A stretch of 64,000 nucleotides of DNA from a bacterium (GTDB taxonomy: Bacteria; UBA8248): positions 2,336,001 through 2,400,000 of the forward strand of contig OZ244799.1 in NCBI GenBank assembly GCA_965219955.1. The letters run 5' to 3'. Shown here in pieces: positions 9,512-19,912 of this stretch. Made by a program: the position numbers and the translations under genes. How positions within the stretch are numbered: the first letter of the stretch is position 1; each line of letters starts with the position of its first letter. A model generated the notes under the pieces. The model saw only the letters and a list, made by a program, of their open reading frames with translations. It did no database searches and had not been told where the DNA came from.

Positions 9512-11572
9512 ATGCAAGGCATTTCAAGAAGACCCGGGAAATTCTCCATCCGACTCAAACGAAGCCTGTTCGTTTTATCGCTTGCAACACTCTTCCTGAT
9601 GGGCGGGACTTGCCTTGTCGTCGCGCAAAGCGCAACGTCGCCGGAGGAAGAGCTTTATCTCGACCCCATCACCGTCACGGCTACGCGCACACCCGAGCGG
9701 CTCAGCGACGTGGCCGATTCGGTCGAAGTGTTCGGCCCGGAGCGGATCGAGAGCCTCTTGCCCGGCGACGCGCTCGATTTCCTGAGCGAAGGGGCCGGCG
9801 TCATCCTCCCGCAGGCGAGCGGCAGGGGCGGGCAGGCGAGCCTCTTCCTGAGGGGGAGCGAGAGCAACTTCACCAGCGTGATGATCGACGGCTTCAAGCT
9901 CACCTTCCCGGACGGGAGCGCGTATGACTTCGGGCACCTCTCACCCGAGTGGGTGGGCACAGCCGAAATCCTCAAGGGTCCCCAAAGCCCGCTTTACGGC
10001 TCGGACGCGGCTTCGGGCGTCATGAATTTTATTCCGGACATCGGCAAGCCGGGCGAATCGCCGAGCTTCACGGTCGGCGCGAGAGGCGGCAGCGACGAGA
10101 CGTTCGAGGAAGCCTTCAAGCTCAAGGGCGGGACGGCCAGAAGCGGGTACGCCGCCAGTTTGAGCCGCCTCGACACGGAGGGACATCTTCCCAACGACGG
10201 CTACTACCGCACTGTCGGGACGGTGGCGCTTGATCATTTCTTCTCGGAGGAGGCGAAGCTGCGCTTTCTCTACCACGCCAACCAGAACCGCTACGACATC
10301 CCCGGACCGGCCCATGCGGGCTTCAGAGAACCCAACAAGTACGGGCGAAACACCGAACAGCTCATCGGCGCGCGCGCCCATCTGAAACCTTTCCCGTGGC
10401 TCGAATACATACCGCGCGTCTCCTTGTACCTGAGAGACACGCTGTTCGAGAACAAGGCGGACGCGATCAGCCCCGGCTCCGATAAAACGGATACGAGCGG
10501 AACGAGGCTTCACCTCGACAACCAGGTCAACGTGAGGTTATCGGGGAAACAACTCGGCCTGAGCGCCCTTCGCCGCTCCATATCCACGCTCGGCGTCGAA
10601 TGGGAGACGGAGGACATCTCCATCAAGAGCGCCTATGAGAACGACTTCGGCTCCGGCGAAAACGAGTACGACAGCGACAGGCGGGCGACTTCTGTTTACG
10701 CGCAGCAGCAGTTTCAGCTCCGAGGAGGCCTCACTCTTGCGGGCGGGGTGCGGGCCGATAATTTCGACGTCGGCGAAGACGAGACGACCGGCAAACTCTC
10801 CGCTTCCTATAAAATTCCCGGAACAGGCGCCCGGATTCGCGGCGCCGTGGGCGAGGGAATCAAGCGGCCCTCCTTCGCCGAACTGCTCGACGTCTACGGC
10901 CCCGGCAACCCGAATCTGAAAAGCGAACGTCAGAAAAGCTGGGAGGCGGGCATCGATCAGTTTTTCGCGAACAACAAGCTCAAGTTCAGCGCCACGTATT
11001 ACGTGAACGAAATCGACGACCTGATCGCCTATTCCTTCGAGCCCTTCGCCAACGGAACGAACTACGAGAACATCCAGAAGGCGCGGGTCAAGGGTGCGGA
11101 ACTCTCCTTGTCCTTGCTCGATTTTCACGACTTCTCGGCCCATGCGAGTTTCAACACCATGGACACCGTCGCGCTCGAAACCGAAGGCCTCGGCGCGCCG
11201 AACTACGTGGAGGGAAAAGCGCTCCTGAGGCGCCCGGACTGGTGGTGGAGCGCCTCGGTCAGCTATCACCCGGACCGCCTGAGGGCGAGTTTAAGAATCA
11301 ACTCGGTGAGCGATCGTTGGGACATCGACGACTCCCGGCCCTGGCCATATCCCAGGGTGGTGAACCCCGGCTTCACGCGGGTGGACTTAGGCCTTTCTCT
11401 AGACGTCGTGAAGGATCGCATCTCGATGTTCGACAAGACGAGGAAATCGAAGGTGAAAGATTTGACGGTGGAGTTGAAAGTCAACAACGCCTTGGATAAG
11501 GAATACGACGCCGTATATGGCTACACCGCGCCCGGAGTACAGTGGTTCGCGGGCGTTAGGGCGGTCTTCTAG
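9512..11572 (+). CDS. btuB: TonB-dependent cobalamin receptor
   Basis: Signal peptide, TonB box DPITVTATR, plug motif EILKGPQSPLYGSDAASGV, C-terminal Phe; cobalamin riboswitches upstream. Confidence 0.9.
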   Translation: MQGISRRPGKFSIRLKRSLFVLSLATLFLMGGTCLVVAQSATSPEEELYLDPITVTATRTPERLSDVADSVEVFGPERIESLLPGDALDFLSEGAGVILPQASGRGGQASLFLRGSESNFTSVMIDGFKLTFPDGSAYDFGHLSPEWVGTAEILKGPQSPLYGSDAASGVMNFIPDIGKPGESPSFTVGARGGSDETFEEAFKLKGGTARSGYAASLSRLDTEGHLPNDGYYRTVGTVALDHFFSEEAKLRFLYHANQNRYDIPGPAHAGFREPNKYGRNTEQLIGARAHLKPFPWLEYIPRVSLYLRDTLFENKADAISPGSDKTDTSGTRLHLDNQVNVRLSGKQLGLSALRRSISTLGVEWETEDISIKSAYENDFGSGENEYDSDRRATSVYAQQQFQLRGGLTLAGGVRADNFDVGEDETTGKLSASYKIPGTGARIRGAVGEGIKRPSFAELLDVYGPGNPNLKSERQKSWEAGIDQFFANNKLKFSATYYVNEIDDLIAYSFEPFANGTNYENIQKARVKGAELSLSLLDFHDFSAHASFNTMDTVALETEGLGAPNYVEGKALLRRPDWWWSASVSYHPDRLRASLRINSVSDRWDIDDSRPWPYPRVVNPGFTRVDLGLSLDVVKDRISMFDKTRKSKVKDLTVELKVNNALDKEYDAVYGYTAPGVQWFAGVRAVF

Positions 11573-11700
11573 GGGTTGTTGGAAAAGGCCTTGTGGGTCT
11601 TGCTCGACCAAGGAGAAGAAAAACACTCCCCTCTTGAGGGGGTTGATGAAAAATCTGGAACACTGGATTTGTCGTATGTAACCGACCGAGGAGAGAGAAA

Positions 11701-11869
11701 AATCACTCCCCCCTTGAGGGGGAGTCGAAGAGCTAAGGGCGTAAGCCCGCAAGCGATTCGGTGGGGGGTATAATCCGGAATGGCGATAAAATGCATTTTA
11801 CCCCCCACCGCATCAGCCTTCGCAAAAAACGCTCGGCTTCTGCGACTCCCCCTCAAGGGGGGAGTGATT
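11701..11869. repeat. Family A ~170-bp hairpin element (ACTCCCCCCTTGAGGG...CCCTCAAGGGGGGAGT)
   Basis: Terminal inverted repeats with a conserved interior; further copies at 21296-21476, 22164-22332 and 29356-29742 (interrupted). Confidence 0.88.
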
Positions 11870-12015
11870 TTGGTGTTCTCATCTGTGTAAAGCGACTTCG
11901 TAGGGATCGTGTGCAGGGTTTTTCAACAAACCCTTGACAGGGGGCTAGAAGCGATGCCCCTGACGAGGATTATTCAACAGCCCCCCGAAACGGGGCTTTG
12001 CGCAAAGGACGCGGG

Positions 12016-12876
12016 ATGCTCGGCAAGCTCAAAATCTACTTCCTGGCGGCGGCTCTTTTATGGGCTGCGGTCTCCTCTATGCCGGAGGGGCCCGCACCCG
12101 CCCGCGCCGCCAGGAAGCCCGAGCGCCTGATCGCCATGACGCTCGCCACCGCCGAGATGCTCCTCGCCCTCGCGCCCAGGGAAAGAATCGTCGGTCTGCA
12201 CAAGCTGGCCGGACACCCGGGCTATTCGAACGTCGCCGATCAGGTGGGGAGCATCCCGCTCATCGACAGCACGCCCGAGCGCATCATCAGCTCAAGGCCC
12301 GACCTGGTGTTCGTCGCCTCGTATTCGAGCGCCGCGTTCCTGAACCACCTGCGCGCCGCCAAGGTGCCCGTCTCCAGATTCTCCGCCTTCAGCGGTGTTG
12401 CGGACGTTTTCGCGAGCATCGAGAAGATGGGCCGCCTGATCGGAGCAGAAGACAAGGCGCAGAAACTCATTAAAGATGCACGAGAAAGAATCCGCGCCAT
12501 ACGTGCGCGCATTCCGCCCGATGCGAAGCCCCCGCGCATCCTCACTCTCGTGCGGGGCGGCTGGGTGACGGGCGGCGGCACCTCGCACGACGCGCTCATA
12601 CGCCTGGCGGGCGGCGTGAACGTAGCCACCGAACACGGAATCCGGGGAGCGCGGAGGGTGTCGGCTGAGCGGATCATCGCCTGGAACCCGGACGTCATCA
12701 TGGTGGGGGCGCACCCCGAATCGGGCGCGAGCATGAAAGACTTCATCCGCGCAAACGGGGTCTACGCCCCCTTGCGGGTCAAGAAAATCGTCGAGATCCC
12801 CTACCCCCGCTTCTCGAGCGTATCCCAATACATCGCAGGTGCACTCGATGACCTGGTGAGGGGGCTGTACCGGTGA
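12016..12876 (+). CDS. btuF: Cobalamin/iron ABC transporter substrate-binding protein
   Basis: ERIISSRPDLV and ERIIAWNPDVI helical-backbone motifs; operon context. Confidence 0.8.
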   Translation: MLGKLKIYFLAAALLWAAVSSMPEGPAPARAARKPERLIAMTLATAEMLLALAPRERIVGLHKLAGHPGYSNVADQVGSIPLIDSTPERIISSRPDLVFVASYSSAAFLNHLRAAKVPVSRFSAFSGVADVFASIEKMGRLIGAEDKAQKLIKDARERIRAIRARIPPDAKPPRILTLVRGGWVTGGGTSHDALIRLAGGVNVATEHGIRGARRVSAERIIAWNPDVIMVGAHPESGASMKDFIRANGVYAPLRVKKIVEIPYPRFSSVSQYIAGALDDLVRGLYR

Positions 12877-13904
12877 GGAATTACGCCCTCACGGCCGTGC
12901 TCATAGCCCTCGCCGTGCTCCTCGCCGCTCTCAGCGTCCGGCTGGGCGTGGCGGACATCGGCGCAGAGAAAATTCTCCATGTCATCCTGAGCGAACTGGG
13001 GCTCATCGCAGGCGAGGCGGGCGTCTCCGCGCACGAGCGCGCCATCGTCTGGCACATCCGCCTCCCACGGACATTGACGGGCGCTTTCGTCGGGGCGTCG
13101 CTCGCGCTTTCCGGCGTGATGTTGCAGGGCCTTTTCAGAAACCCGATGGCGAGCCCCGTCGTCGTAGGTGCCAGCACGGGAGGCGCGCTGGGCGCGACGA
13201 GCGCCATCGCCTTTGGCCTGGGCGCCGCCTCGATCTGGGCCGTTCCCCTGAGCGCCTTCGGCGGGGCGCTGCTGACGGTGTTCCTCGTCTCCCTGGTGGC
13301 GTCGCATAAGGGGCACACGCCGCTGGGCGCGCTCATCCTCTGCGGTATGGCGGTGAACGCCATTGCGGGCGCGCTGACGACGCTCGTGCTCAGCTACAGC
13401 GTGAGCGATTTCGAGATCGCGCGCCAGATTCTCTTCTGGCTCATGGGGAGCCTCACGAACCGCACCTGGGAGCACGTGATCCTCGTGGCACCCTTTTTCG
13501 TAGCCTCCGCAATCGCCGCCGCTTTTTTCGGGCGTGAGCTGAACCTCATGATGTCAGGAGAAGAATCCGCCATGGCGCTCGGCGTGAACACGGCGCGGAC
13601 GAAGGCGTGGATACTCGTCATCGCCGCCGCGGCGGCAGGGGCGTCGGTCGCCGTGGCGGGCGTGGTCGGCTTCGTGGGCCTGCTCGTCCCCCACATCGTG
13701 CGGATGCTGGCCGGGCCGGACCACCGGAGGCTTCTCCCCATGAGCATGATCGCGGGCGCGGTCTTCGTGATGGGGATGGACCTGCTCGCGCGGACGCTCT
13801 CGCCAGCCGGCGAGATACGCCTGGGCGTTCTGTCCGCGGGCATCGGCGGGCCGTTCTTCCTGTATCTCATCGTCAGGAATCGCGCGCGCGCGGAGATGTT
13901 CTGA
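12873..13904 (+). CDS. btuC: FecCD/BtuC family ABC permease
   Basis: IRLPR, QGLFRNPMASP, GFVGLLVPH and GGPFFLYL motifs. Confidence 0.88.
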   Translation: MRNYALTAVLIALAVLLAALSVRLGVADIGAEKILHVILSELGLIAGEAGVSAHERAIVWHIRLPRTLTGAFVGASLALSGVMLQGLFRNPMASPVVVGASTGGALGATSAIAFGLGAASIWAVPLSAFGGALLTVFLVSLVASHKGHTPLGALILCGMAVNAIAGALTTLVLSYSVSDFEIARQILFWLMGSLTNRTWEHVILVAPFFVASAIAAAFFGRELNLMMSGEESAMALGVNTARTKAWILVIAAAAAGASVAVAGVVGFVGLLVPHIVRMLAGPDHRRLLPMSMIAGAVFVMGMDLLARTLSPAGEIRLGVLSAGIGGPFFLYLIVRNRARAEMF

Positions 13905-14689
13905 TGCGGCTCAAAATGGAGAACGCACGGGTCGAACTCGGCGAGCGGGACGTCCTCAAGGGCGTCTCGGCTTCCTTTCAGTCGGGCGCGCTCACGGGCG
14001 TCATCGGCCCCAACGGAGCGGGCAAGACGACGCTCCTGCGCGCGCTCGCGGGCCTGCTGCCCGCAAAGACGGGGAACATCTCGCTGGACGGCGAACCCAT
14101 CGAATCGTTCGACAGGAAAGAGACCGCCCGCCGCGTGGGCTATCTCGCCCAGAAACAGGAAATCGCGTTTCCCTTCCGCGTCGACGAGACGGTGATGATG
14201 GGCAGATACCCCCATCAGGGCAGGCTCTCGCCCGAGACCGAGGCCGACCGCGAAGCGGTGGACGCGTCCCTTCGCGACGTGGACGCGGCAGACCTTAGCC
14301 GTCGCGCGATCAACGAACTCTCGGGCGGAGAGCTTCAGCGCGTCCTGATCGCCAGAACGCTCGCCGCGCAAACGCCCGTCCTGCTGCTCGATGAGCCTTT
14401 TGCGAATCTGGACGTCAGGCATTGCCTCGACATTCTGGCGATACTGCGCGCACAGGCCCGGGAGGGGCGCACCGTGGTCGTCTCGGTGCATGATCTGAAC
14501 CTCGCGCACCGCTTCTGCGACCACCTGCTCCTGCTCCACCAGGGAGAAATCCTCATCTCCGGGAACCCGCGAAGCGTCCTCAAGCCCGAATTCATCGAAC
14601 AGGCGTTCGAGGTGCGCGCGCAGATACTGTCGGTGAACGGCGGGGAGGAGCGGCATTTCATCATGCGCGTCCTGGAGGAGGGAGAATGA
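13904..14689 (+). CDS. btuD: Cobalamin/iron ABC transporter ATP-binding protein
   Basis: GPNGAGKT, LSGGELQR, LLDEP and HDLNLA motifs; ATG overlaps the upstream TGA. Confidence 0.88.
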   Translation: MRLKMENARVELGERDVLKGVSASFQSGALTGVIGPNGAGKTTLLRALAGLLPAKTGNISLDGEPIESFDRKETARRVGYLAQKQEIAFPFRVDETVMMGRYPHQGRLSPETEADREAVDASLRDVDAADLSRRAINELSGGELQRVLIARTLAAQTPVLLLDEPFANLDVRHCLDILAILRAQAREGRTVVVSVHDLNLAHRFCDHLLLLHQGEILISGNPRSVLKPEFIEQAFEVRAQILSVNGGEERHFIMRVLEEGE

Positions 14690-15123
14690 GAACAGCCTTT
14701 GCCCTCATCGCGCTCGCGTTCTTCTTTCTCTTCATGCCGAAGCCGCTACCCGCGCAGGAGATCAAGACGTCCGTGAGTGAGCCTACCGAGGCGCCCTCTT
14801 TCACCTTTTTCACCTTCCGGAAACGCCGCGTGCGGATGGATGCGGACGCGCGGCTCCAGGCGATTCTCAATCGCATCAGGCGCCACCAGCATTATCCTGC
14901 GCTCGCGCGCGAATCAGGCGCCGAAGGCGCGGCCACCGTGAGTTTCCGGGTTCTGCCCGACGGGCGGCTTCGGAATTTAAGGATCAAGAAGACATCCGGC
15001 AATGCATTTCTCGATGACGCCTCCCTGGAGGCGGTTCGAAAAGCGGCTCCCCTCCCCTGGCTGGATAAGACACTCGTGCTCACCATACGCTATACTCTGT
15101 TGCGAACGACCGATTCGCCTTGA
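14686..15123 (+). CDS. Short TonB family protein (TonB C-terminal domain)
   Basis: N-terminal hydrophobic segment; YPALARESGAEG..V.F and SGNAFLDDASLEAV motifs. Confidence 0.8.
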   Translation: MRTAFALIALAFFFLFMPKPLPAQEIKTSVSEPTEAPSFTFFTFRKRRVRMDADARLQAILNRIRRHQHYPALARESGAEGAATVSFRVLPDGRLRNLRIKKTSGNAFLDDASLEAVRKAAPLPWLDKTLVLTIRYTLLRTTDSP

Positions 15124-15180
15124 ACCTATTGGCTCGGGTTCCACTGAGGCGGGCGGCGAGGTTCCCAACGGGGTAGCGGC

Positions 15181-15756
15181 ATGAAAACGGATGTGCTGTA
15201 CCGGGAAGAAACAGGCGCGGACGGGAGTACGCAGTGCGTCTGGGAGTTCCGGCCCGGTCGCGAATTCCTGGAAACCCTGCTGCGCGACCTGTTCGAGAAC
15301 CATTACGAATCACTCACTTTCGGCCCCAGCATCCAGGGGGCCGTGTTCGAATGCCGCGTGAAATCCCCGCCCCGCCGGATCAGCTTCCTGGACGGCTACC
15401 TCACCGTCGATCTCGGCGACTGGCACTTCCACCTGTGCATCGGCAAGCACAGGGGCGACGCGCAGCACCCCTGTCCGCCCGAACTGGCGCGGTGGCGCAG
15501 GTGCGCGCGGGTGATGCTCCTTCGCATCTACCAGAATCCCCCCATCGCGGGCCACGCGCCGGTGAGCTATTCGATGGCGCTGCTGAACGGGCGCAACGAG
15601 CAGATGGTGACCTTCTACCTCCCCAACCCCTATTTCGACGAGCACTACCGGGTCCTCGAAACCGCCGACTGGGGAAAACTCGCCCTGTGGAACCACATAC
15701 GGACAAGCTATCTCGGGCTGGAGGCGGACCCGGGGCCTTTCGCGGACTTAAGGTAA
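15181..15756 (+). CDS. Conserved hypothetical protein, possibly HemS/ChuX-like fold
   Basis: Coding-like codon usage; DGYLTVDLGDWHFHLCIG motif; co-oriented directly after the btu/tonB genes. Confidence 0.65.
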   Translation: MKTDVLYREETGADGSTQCVWEFRPGREFLETLLRDLFENHYESLTFGPSIQGAVFECRVKSPPRRISFLDGYLTVDLGDWHFHLCIGKHRGDAQHPCPPELARWRRCARVMLLRIYQNPPIAGHAPVSYSMALLNGRNEQMVTFYLPNPYFDEHYRVLETADWGKLALWNHIRTSYLGLEADPGPFADLR

Positions 15757-15783
15757 AAGACAACAGACAGCAAGGAGAACGCG

Positions 15784-16713
15784 GTGAAAGCGGTTCTGAT
15801 GCACGGCTACGGCGGTCCCGAAGTGCTCGAATACGCGGATGCGCCGGACCCAAAGGCTGCGCCGGGAGAAATCGTGGTCGAGGTGCACGCGGCAAGCCTG
15901 AACCCGGCCGACTGGAAGGTGCGGGAAGGACTACGGAAAAACGACGTGAAGGCGCGGTTCCCGCACATTCCGGGGAGGGATTTCTCGGGCGTCGTGCGCG
16001 AGACGGGAGACGGCGCTTCGGACTTTCAGGCCGGAGACCCGGTATTCGCCGTTAACGAACAAGGCCGCGAGGGAGCCTACGCGGAGGCCATCGCCATACC
16101 GGAGGCGCTTGCGGCGCGAAAGCCGGATTTCCTCTCCCACGCTGAAGCCTCCGCCCTCGCCATGACGGGCCTGACGACCTTGAGGGCCCTCAAGGACGAA
16201 GCGAAGCTCAAAACCGGTGAAACCATCCTGATCCACGCGGGCGCGGGAGGCGTGGGCGGCTTTGCGGTGCAATATGCGAGGCACGTGGGCGCTACGGTCC
16301 ACGCCACGGCGAGCGAGACGAACCATGAATACGTGAAAAGCCTCGGGGCTGATTTCGCCATCGATTACAAGAAGGTGGACTTCGCCGAAGCCGCCCCTCC
16401 CTGCGACGTGGTGTTCGACACCATCGGCGGCGAGGTGCACGCGCGCAGTTTCGCCCTCCTCAAGCCGGGAGGGCGGCTCGTGCACATCGCCGCGGGGCCG
16501 CCGGGGTTCAGCCCCCCGAGGGGGGACGTGCGCGTCATCCGCCCGGACGTGCGAAGAGACCGCGCACATCTCACGAGAATCCTCGAACTCGCCGAATCGG
16601 GCGCGGTGCGTCCCCCTCATATCCAGGAGATGCCGCTGGCAGACGCGGCGGCGGCGCAAGAGATCAGCAAGACCGGCCACGTGCGCGGGAAGATCATCCT
16701 GAGGGTGCGGTAG
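15784..16713 (+). CDS. NADP-dependent zinc-independent MDR oxidoreductase (quinone reductase-like)
   Basis: SLNPADWK, PGRDFSG, IHAGAGGVG and RGKIIL motifs. Confidence 0.9.
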   Translation: MKAVLMHGYGGPEVLEYADAPDPKAAPGEIVVEVHAASLNPADWKVREGLRKNDVKARFPHIPGRDFSGVVRETGDGASDFQAGDPVFAVNEQGREGAYAEAIAIPEALAARKPDFLSHAEASALAMTGLTTLRALKDEAKLKTGETILIHAGAGGVGGFAVQYARHVGATVHATASETNHEYVKSLGADFAIDYKKVDFAEAAPPCDVVFDTIGGEVHARSFALLKPGGRLVHIAAGPPGFSPPRGDVRVIRPDVRRDRAHLTRILELAESGAVRPPHIQEMPLADAAAAQEISKTGHVRGKIILRVR

Positions 16714-16714
16714 C

Positions 16715-18421
16715 CTACAAAGCCTCCGCGACGGCGCTGGCCGCGTCGAGTCCGGCGACCACGCGGTTCTTCTCGCGCACCACCCGCGTGTAGATGACCC
16801 TGCCCGCGTCGCTCCCGGGCCCCCGCCCGGCGTAGTGGGCGATGCACTGAAGCCCCGGCATCCGGAACGCGCCGCTCGCCGGGTCGTGGTCGAACGGCCC
16901 CGCCAGCGTGTAGAGCACAGGGTTGACGGCGTGGCTCATCTCGAGGAGAGCGCGGTTGGCGCGGGCGGCGTCGACGCTTTCCAGCTTCGCGTTCAGCGAC
17001 TCGCACGCCCTGGCGAAGCGCGCCCCCGCTTCTCTAAGATCGCCCAGGTCCACGGCTTCGCCTCCCGATTCCGAGAGTCTGTCGATTTCTTCATTCACGA
17101 CGGCGGCCGTTGCGGCCGGGTTGAGCGGCACCCGCTCGAGCGCGCAAAGCTCGTGCAGCGCCGCCGCGTAGAGGCGGCAGTGCTCGGCGAGGAGGTCCTT
17201 GTCCATCTTGTCGAGCGTGTCGGCGGGGTGGTGCCAGTATTCGGGAAAACCGTCGCCGGGGTGATCCTTTCTCAAATCGGGGTGGCCGGGCGGGAGGACG
17301 GGCAGGAAGGAGAACGAGGGGACGCCCACCCCCCACAGCGACTGGTCGGCCATCTTGCGGGGGTGATCGGGCTCGGTGCGCTGCCCGCCGATGCGCGCGA
17401 CGGCGTCCCGCACCCAGTCGCGCACGTCCGCCGTGCAGAAGGGCCGGTAGAGCGTGGCGCCGATGCAGCCGGGCTGGTCGATGTTGAGATAGGCGACGCA
17501 GTTCCGGCGCAGCTCGCCGAACATGTGGTCCGCATACCAGGTGGAGCCCGAGAAGCGCCCGTGCGAGTGCCCGTTCCACCACGCGACCTTGAGACCGCGC
17601 GTGAGCTCACCCCGCCTCCCGTGGGCGACGCGCGCGAGCTCCATGAGCGTCGCGTCGCCCGCCGCGTTGTCGTTCGCCCCGATGTGCCAGGAGTCGATGT
17701 GCCCGCCGACGAGGACGTAATCATCGGCCCCGCTCCCGGGCGCGATGGTGGCGACCGGCATGAGCGTCTCCCGCCAGGCGGTGTCCATCTTCACGTGAAC
17801 GAGGAGCTCGACCTCCTCTTTCCTGTTCAACCGCTCGATGAGGCCCGCCCCCTGCTCTCGCGAGAGCGTGACGACGGGCGTCCCCGGCAGCCGCGCGATG
17901 CTCTCGGGCGTCGGCGCGCCCCAGATGGTGGAGACGGTAAGTTCGTGCGCGTTGCCCTTGTTGACGTAGACCTGCGCAATGGCGCCTCTTTGCTCGAAAT
18001 AATAAAACCGCGCGGGGCTCACCATCCCCTCGGCCACGACCACGCGCCCCGCGACGGGCGGCTCCCCGGTTGCGCCCGCATAGAGAGGATCGGTAAACGG
18101 CGTCGCGGGCGGGCCGGCCTCTCCGACATGGACCGCCTGCCCGCGCACGCCCGCAGCACCCGTCGAGGCGCCGAACACCGCGCTGATGGCGCGAATCGTC
18201 CCGCCGCCTTCTCCAGGCACCCCGAGCGTCGTCTCGCCCGGTATGCTGATGAGCGATTCGAACGCATGGACCTCGACGTCTATCCCCAGCGCCGACAGCT
18301 CCGCCTCGACGTAGCGCACCGCCGCGTTCTCGCCCTCGGTGCCGGTGTAGCGCTCCCAGCGGCAGAGGTCCCCTAAATTTTTCCACAGAGAATCGGCGTC
18401 TACGGATTCGCGAACGGACAT
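16715..18421 (-). CDS. M28 family peptidase with PA domain
   Basis: GGHIDSW..GANDNAAG, YLNID and YWHH..DT motifs. Confidence 0.85.
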   Translation of the reverse strand: MSVRESVDADSLWKNLGDLCRWERYTGTEGENAAVRYVEAELSALGIDVEVHAFESLISIPGETTLGVPGEGGGTIRAISAVFGASTGAAGVRGQAVHVGEAGPPATPFTDPLYAGATGEPPVAGRVVVAEGMVSPARFYYFEQRGAIAQVYVNKGNAHELTVSTIWGAPTPESIARLPGTPVVTLSREQGAGLIERLNRKEEVELLVHVKMDTAWRETLMPVATIAPGSGADDYVLVGGHIDSWHIGANDNAAGDATLMELARVAHGRRGELTRGLKVAWWNGHSHGRFSGSTWYADHMFGELRRNCVAYLNIDQPGCIGATLYRPFCTADVRDWVRDAVARIGGQRTEPDHPRKMADQSLWGVGVPSFSFLPVLPPGHPDLRKDHPGDGFPEYWHHPADTLDKMDKDLLAEHCRLYAAALHELCALERVPLNPAATAAVVNEEIDRLSESGGEAVDLGDLREAGARFARACESLNAKLESVDAARANRALLEMSHAVNPVLYTLAGPFDHDPASGAFRMPGLQCIAHYAGRGPGSDAGRVIYTRVVREKNRVVAGLDAASAVAEAL

Positions 18422-18613
18422 GTCGTCTCCTTCGTGAGGTATATAAAGAGGTGGTGGCCGCCCATTCTAGTACACCGCCCGCGGAATGCCGAGCGCGCCC
18501 GCGCGTTGCGGGCAACGCCGCTTCGGGAGAGAATCCCCGAAACGGATTCCCGCCCATCCGGGGTTGTTGAAGAAGCTGGTTGCGGCAGTGGGCTTCGCAG
18601 AAGCCCTGACACC

Positions 18614-18800
18614 CTCATCCTGAGTAGGCGCGTGAGCGCCGTATCGAAGGATGGGCGGCGTCTCCCGGCGTGCGAGAGCAATCGCTTCCGCATTGGGCGC
18701 GATTGACCTTCGATACGCCGCCTTCGGCGGCTACTCAGGATGAGGAAGGTGTGGGCGGAGCTTGTCCCGAGCGAAGTCGAGGGGCGGCTACTCAGGATGA
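18614..18800. repeat. Family C palindromic repeat (CTCATCCTGAGTAG..TCGAAGG / CCTTCGA..CTACTCAGGATGAG)
   Basis: Recurs near 8875-9038, 22411, 29425-29537, 29855-29980, 30631-30765 and 31273-31470. Confidence 0.85.
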
Positions 18801-18825
18801 GGAAGGTGTGGGCGCGATGGTTTTT

Positions 18826-18902
18826 GTAGGGACAGGCCTCCGTGCCTGTCCTGACGAAGGACAACCACAGAGGGCAGGACAGGCACGGAGGCCTGTCCCT
18901 AC
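18826..18902. repeat. Family D GTAG-type REP doublet (GTAGGGACAGGCCTC.GTGCCTGTCC)
   Basis: GTAG followed by a hairpin, in inverted pairs; also near 19400, 19909, 19980-20094, 28922, 29071 and 31548-31662. Confidence 0.85.
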
Positions 18903-18985
18903 GGTGAACAATTCGATGCTCGGGATTCCCTACATCCCCAGGGACGGCTTTCCCGACAAACCCCCATCCAGGGGAGCGACCACTC

Positions 18986-19375
18986 ATGTGGCGGAAGATA
19001 TCCAGGCCGTTTTTCCTGACGCTGGGCTGCGTCTGCCTGGGCCTGGGCTTCATCGGCCTGCTGCTGCCCGTCCTGCCGACGACGCCCTTCATCCTCCTGG
19101 CGGCGTTCGCCTTCTCGAAGAGTTCGGAGCGCCTCCACGCGTGGCTGCTCGGCCACAGGCTCTACGGGCCGCTCATCACGAACTGGCAGCGCCACGGCGT
19201 CATCCGCCCCCGGGCCAAGTGGACGTCCGTCTCGCTCATCGTCCTCCTCGCGGGGCCTTCGATCTACCTCCTGGGCGCGCCGGGGTACGCGAAGGCCGCC
19301 CTCGCCGCCGTCTGCGCGTGCGTGGTCTGCTTCATCGTGACGCGGCCGGGGGAGATACCGGGGGACGGGGAGTGA
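18986..19375 (+). CDS. ybaN: YbaN (DUF454) inner membrane protein
   Basis: LPVLPTTPFILLAAFAFSKSS.R.H.WLL.H..YG motif. Confidence 0.9.
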   Translation: MWRKISRPFFLTLGCVCLGLGFIGLLLPVLPTTPFILLAAFAFSKSSERLHAWLLGHRLYGPLITNWQRHGVIRPRAKWTSVSLIVLLAGPSIYLLGAPGYAKAALAAVCACVVCFIVTRPGEIPGDGE

Positions 19376-19522
19376 TCCCAAAAATCGAACATAGGTACCG
19401 TAGGGACAGGCCTCTGTGCCTGTCCGAAAAAGGACAACCACGGAGGGTTGTCCCTACGGCCATCATCATCAGGCGTCCATGTATATCATCATCCACCACC
19501 ACCTTATATAAAGGAGAAACCC

Positions 19523-19912
19523 ATGAACGAGGAGCGCTACGAGCGGGGGCTCGCCGTCCGGAAATCACTCGGCATCTACGGGGAGGACGGCCTCGCGGGC
19601 ACGTTCACCGAGATGAACGAGCTCGCGCCGACGCACACCCGCGCCATCGTGGAGTACGTCTTCGGCACCTGCTGGAGCCAGCCCCTGCTCGACAACAGGA
19701 CGCGCGAGATGATGATCGTCGCGGCGGCGGCGGGGCAGGACCTCTCCGGCGAGGTGGAGATTCACTCGCGCGGCCTGCTGAACCAGGGCCTGAGCCCCGA
19801 GGAACTCATCGAGGGCATCGTCTCGCTCTGCCCCTACATCGGTTTTCCGAAAACGAACCACGCCCTCGCCGCGGCGAAGAGCGCGATTGAGAAAAACGCG
19901 GCGGGGGAGTAG
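19523..19912 (+). CDS. Carboxymuconolactone decarboxylase family protein
   Basis: RYERGLAVR, FGTCWS..LD.RTRE and PYIGFP motifs; AAGGAG RBS. Confidence 0.85.
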   Translation: MNEERYERGLAVRKSLGIYGEDGLAGTFTEMNELAPTHTRAIVEYVFGTCWSQPLLDNRTREMMIVAAAAGQDLSGEVEIHSRGLLNQGLSPEELIEGIVSLCPYIGFPKTNHALAAAKSAIEKNAAGE

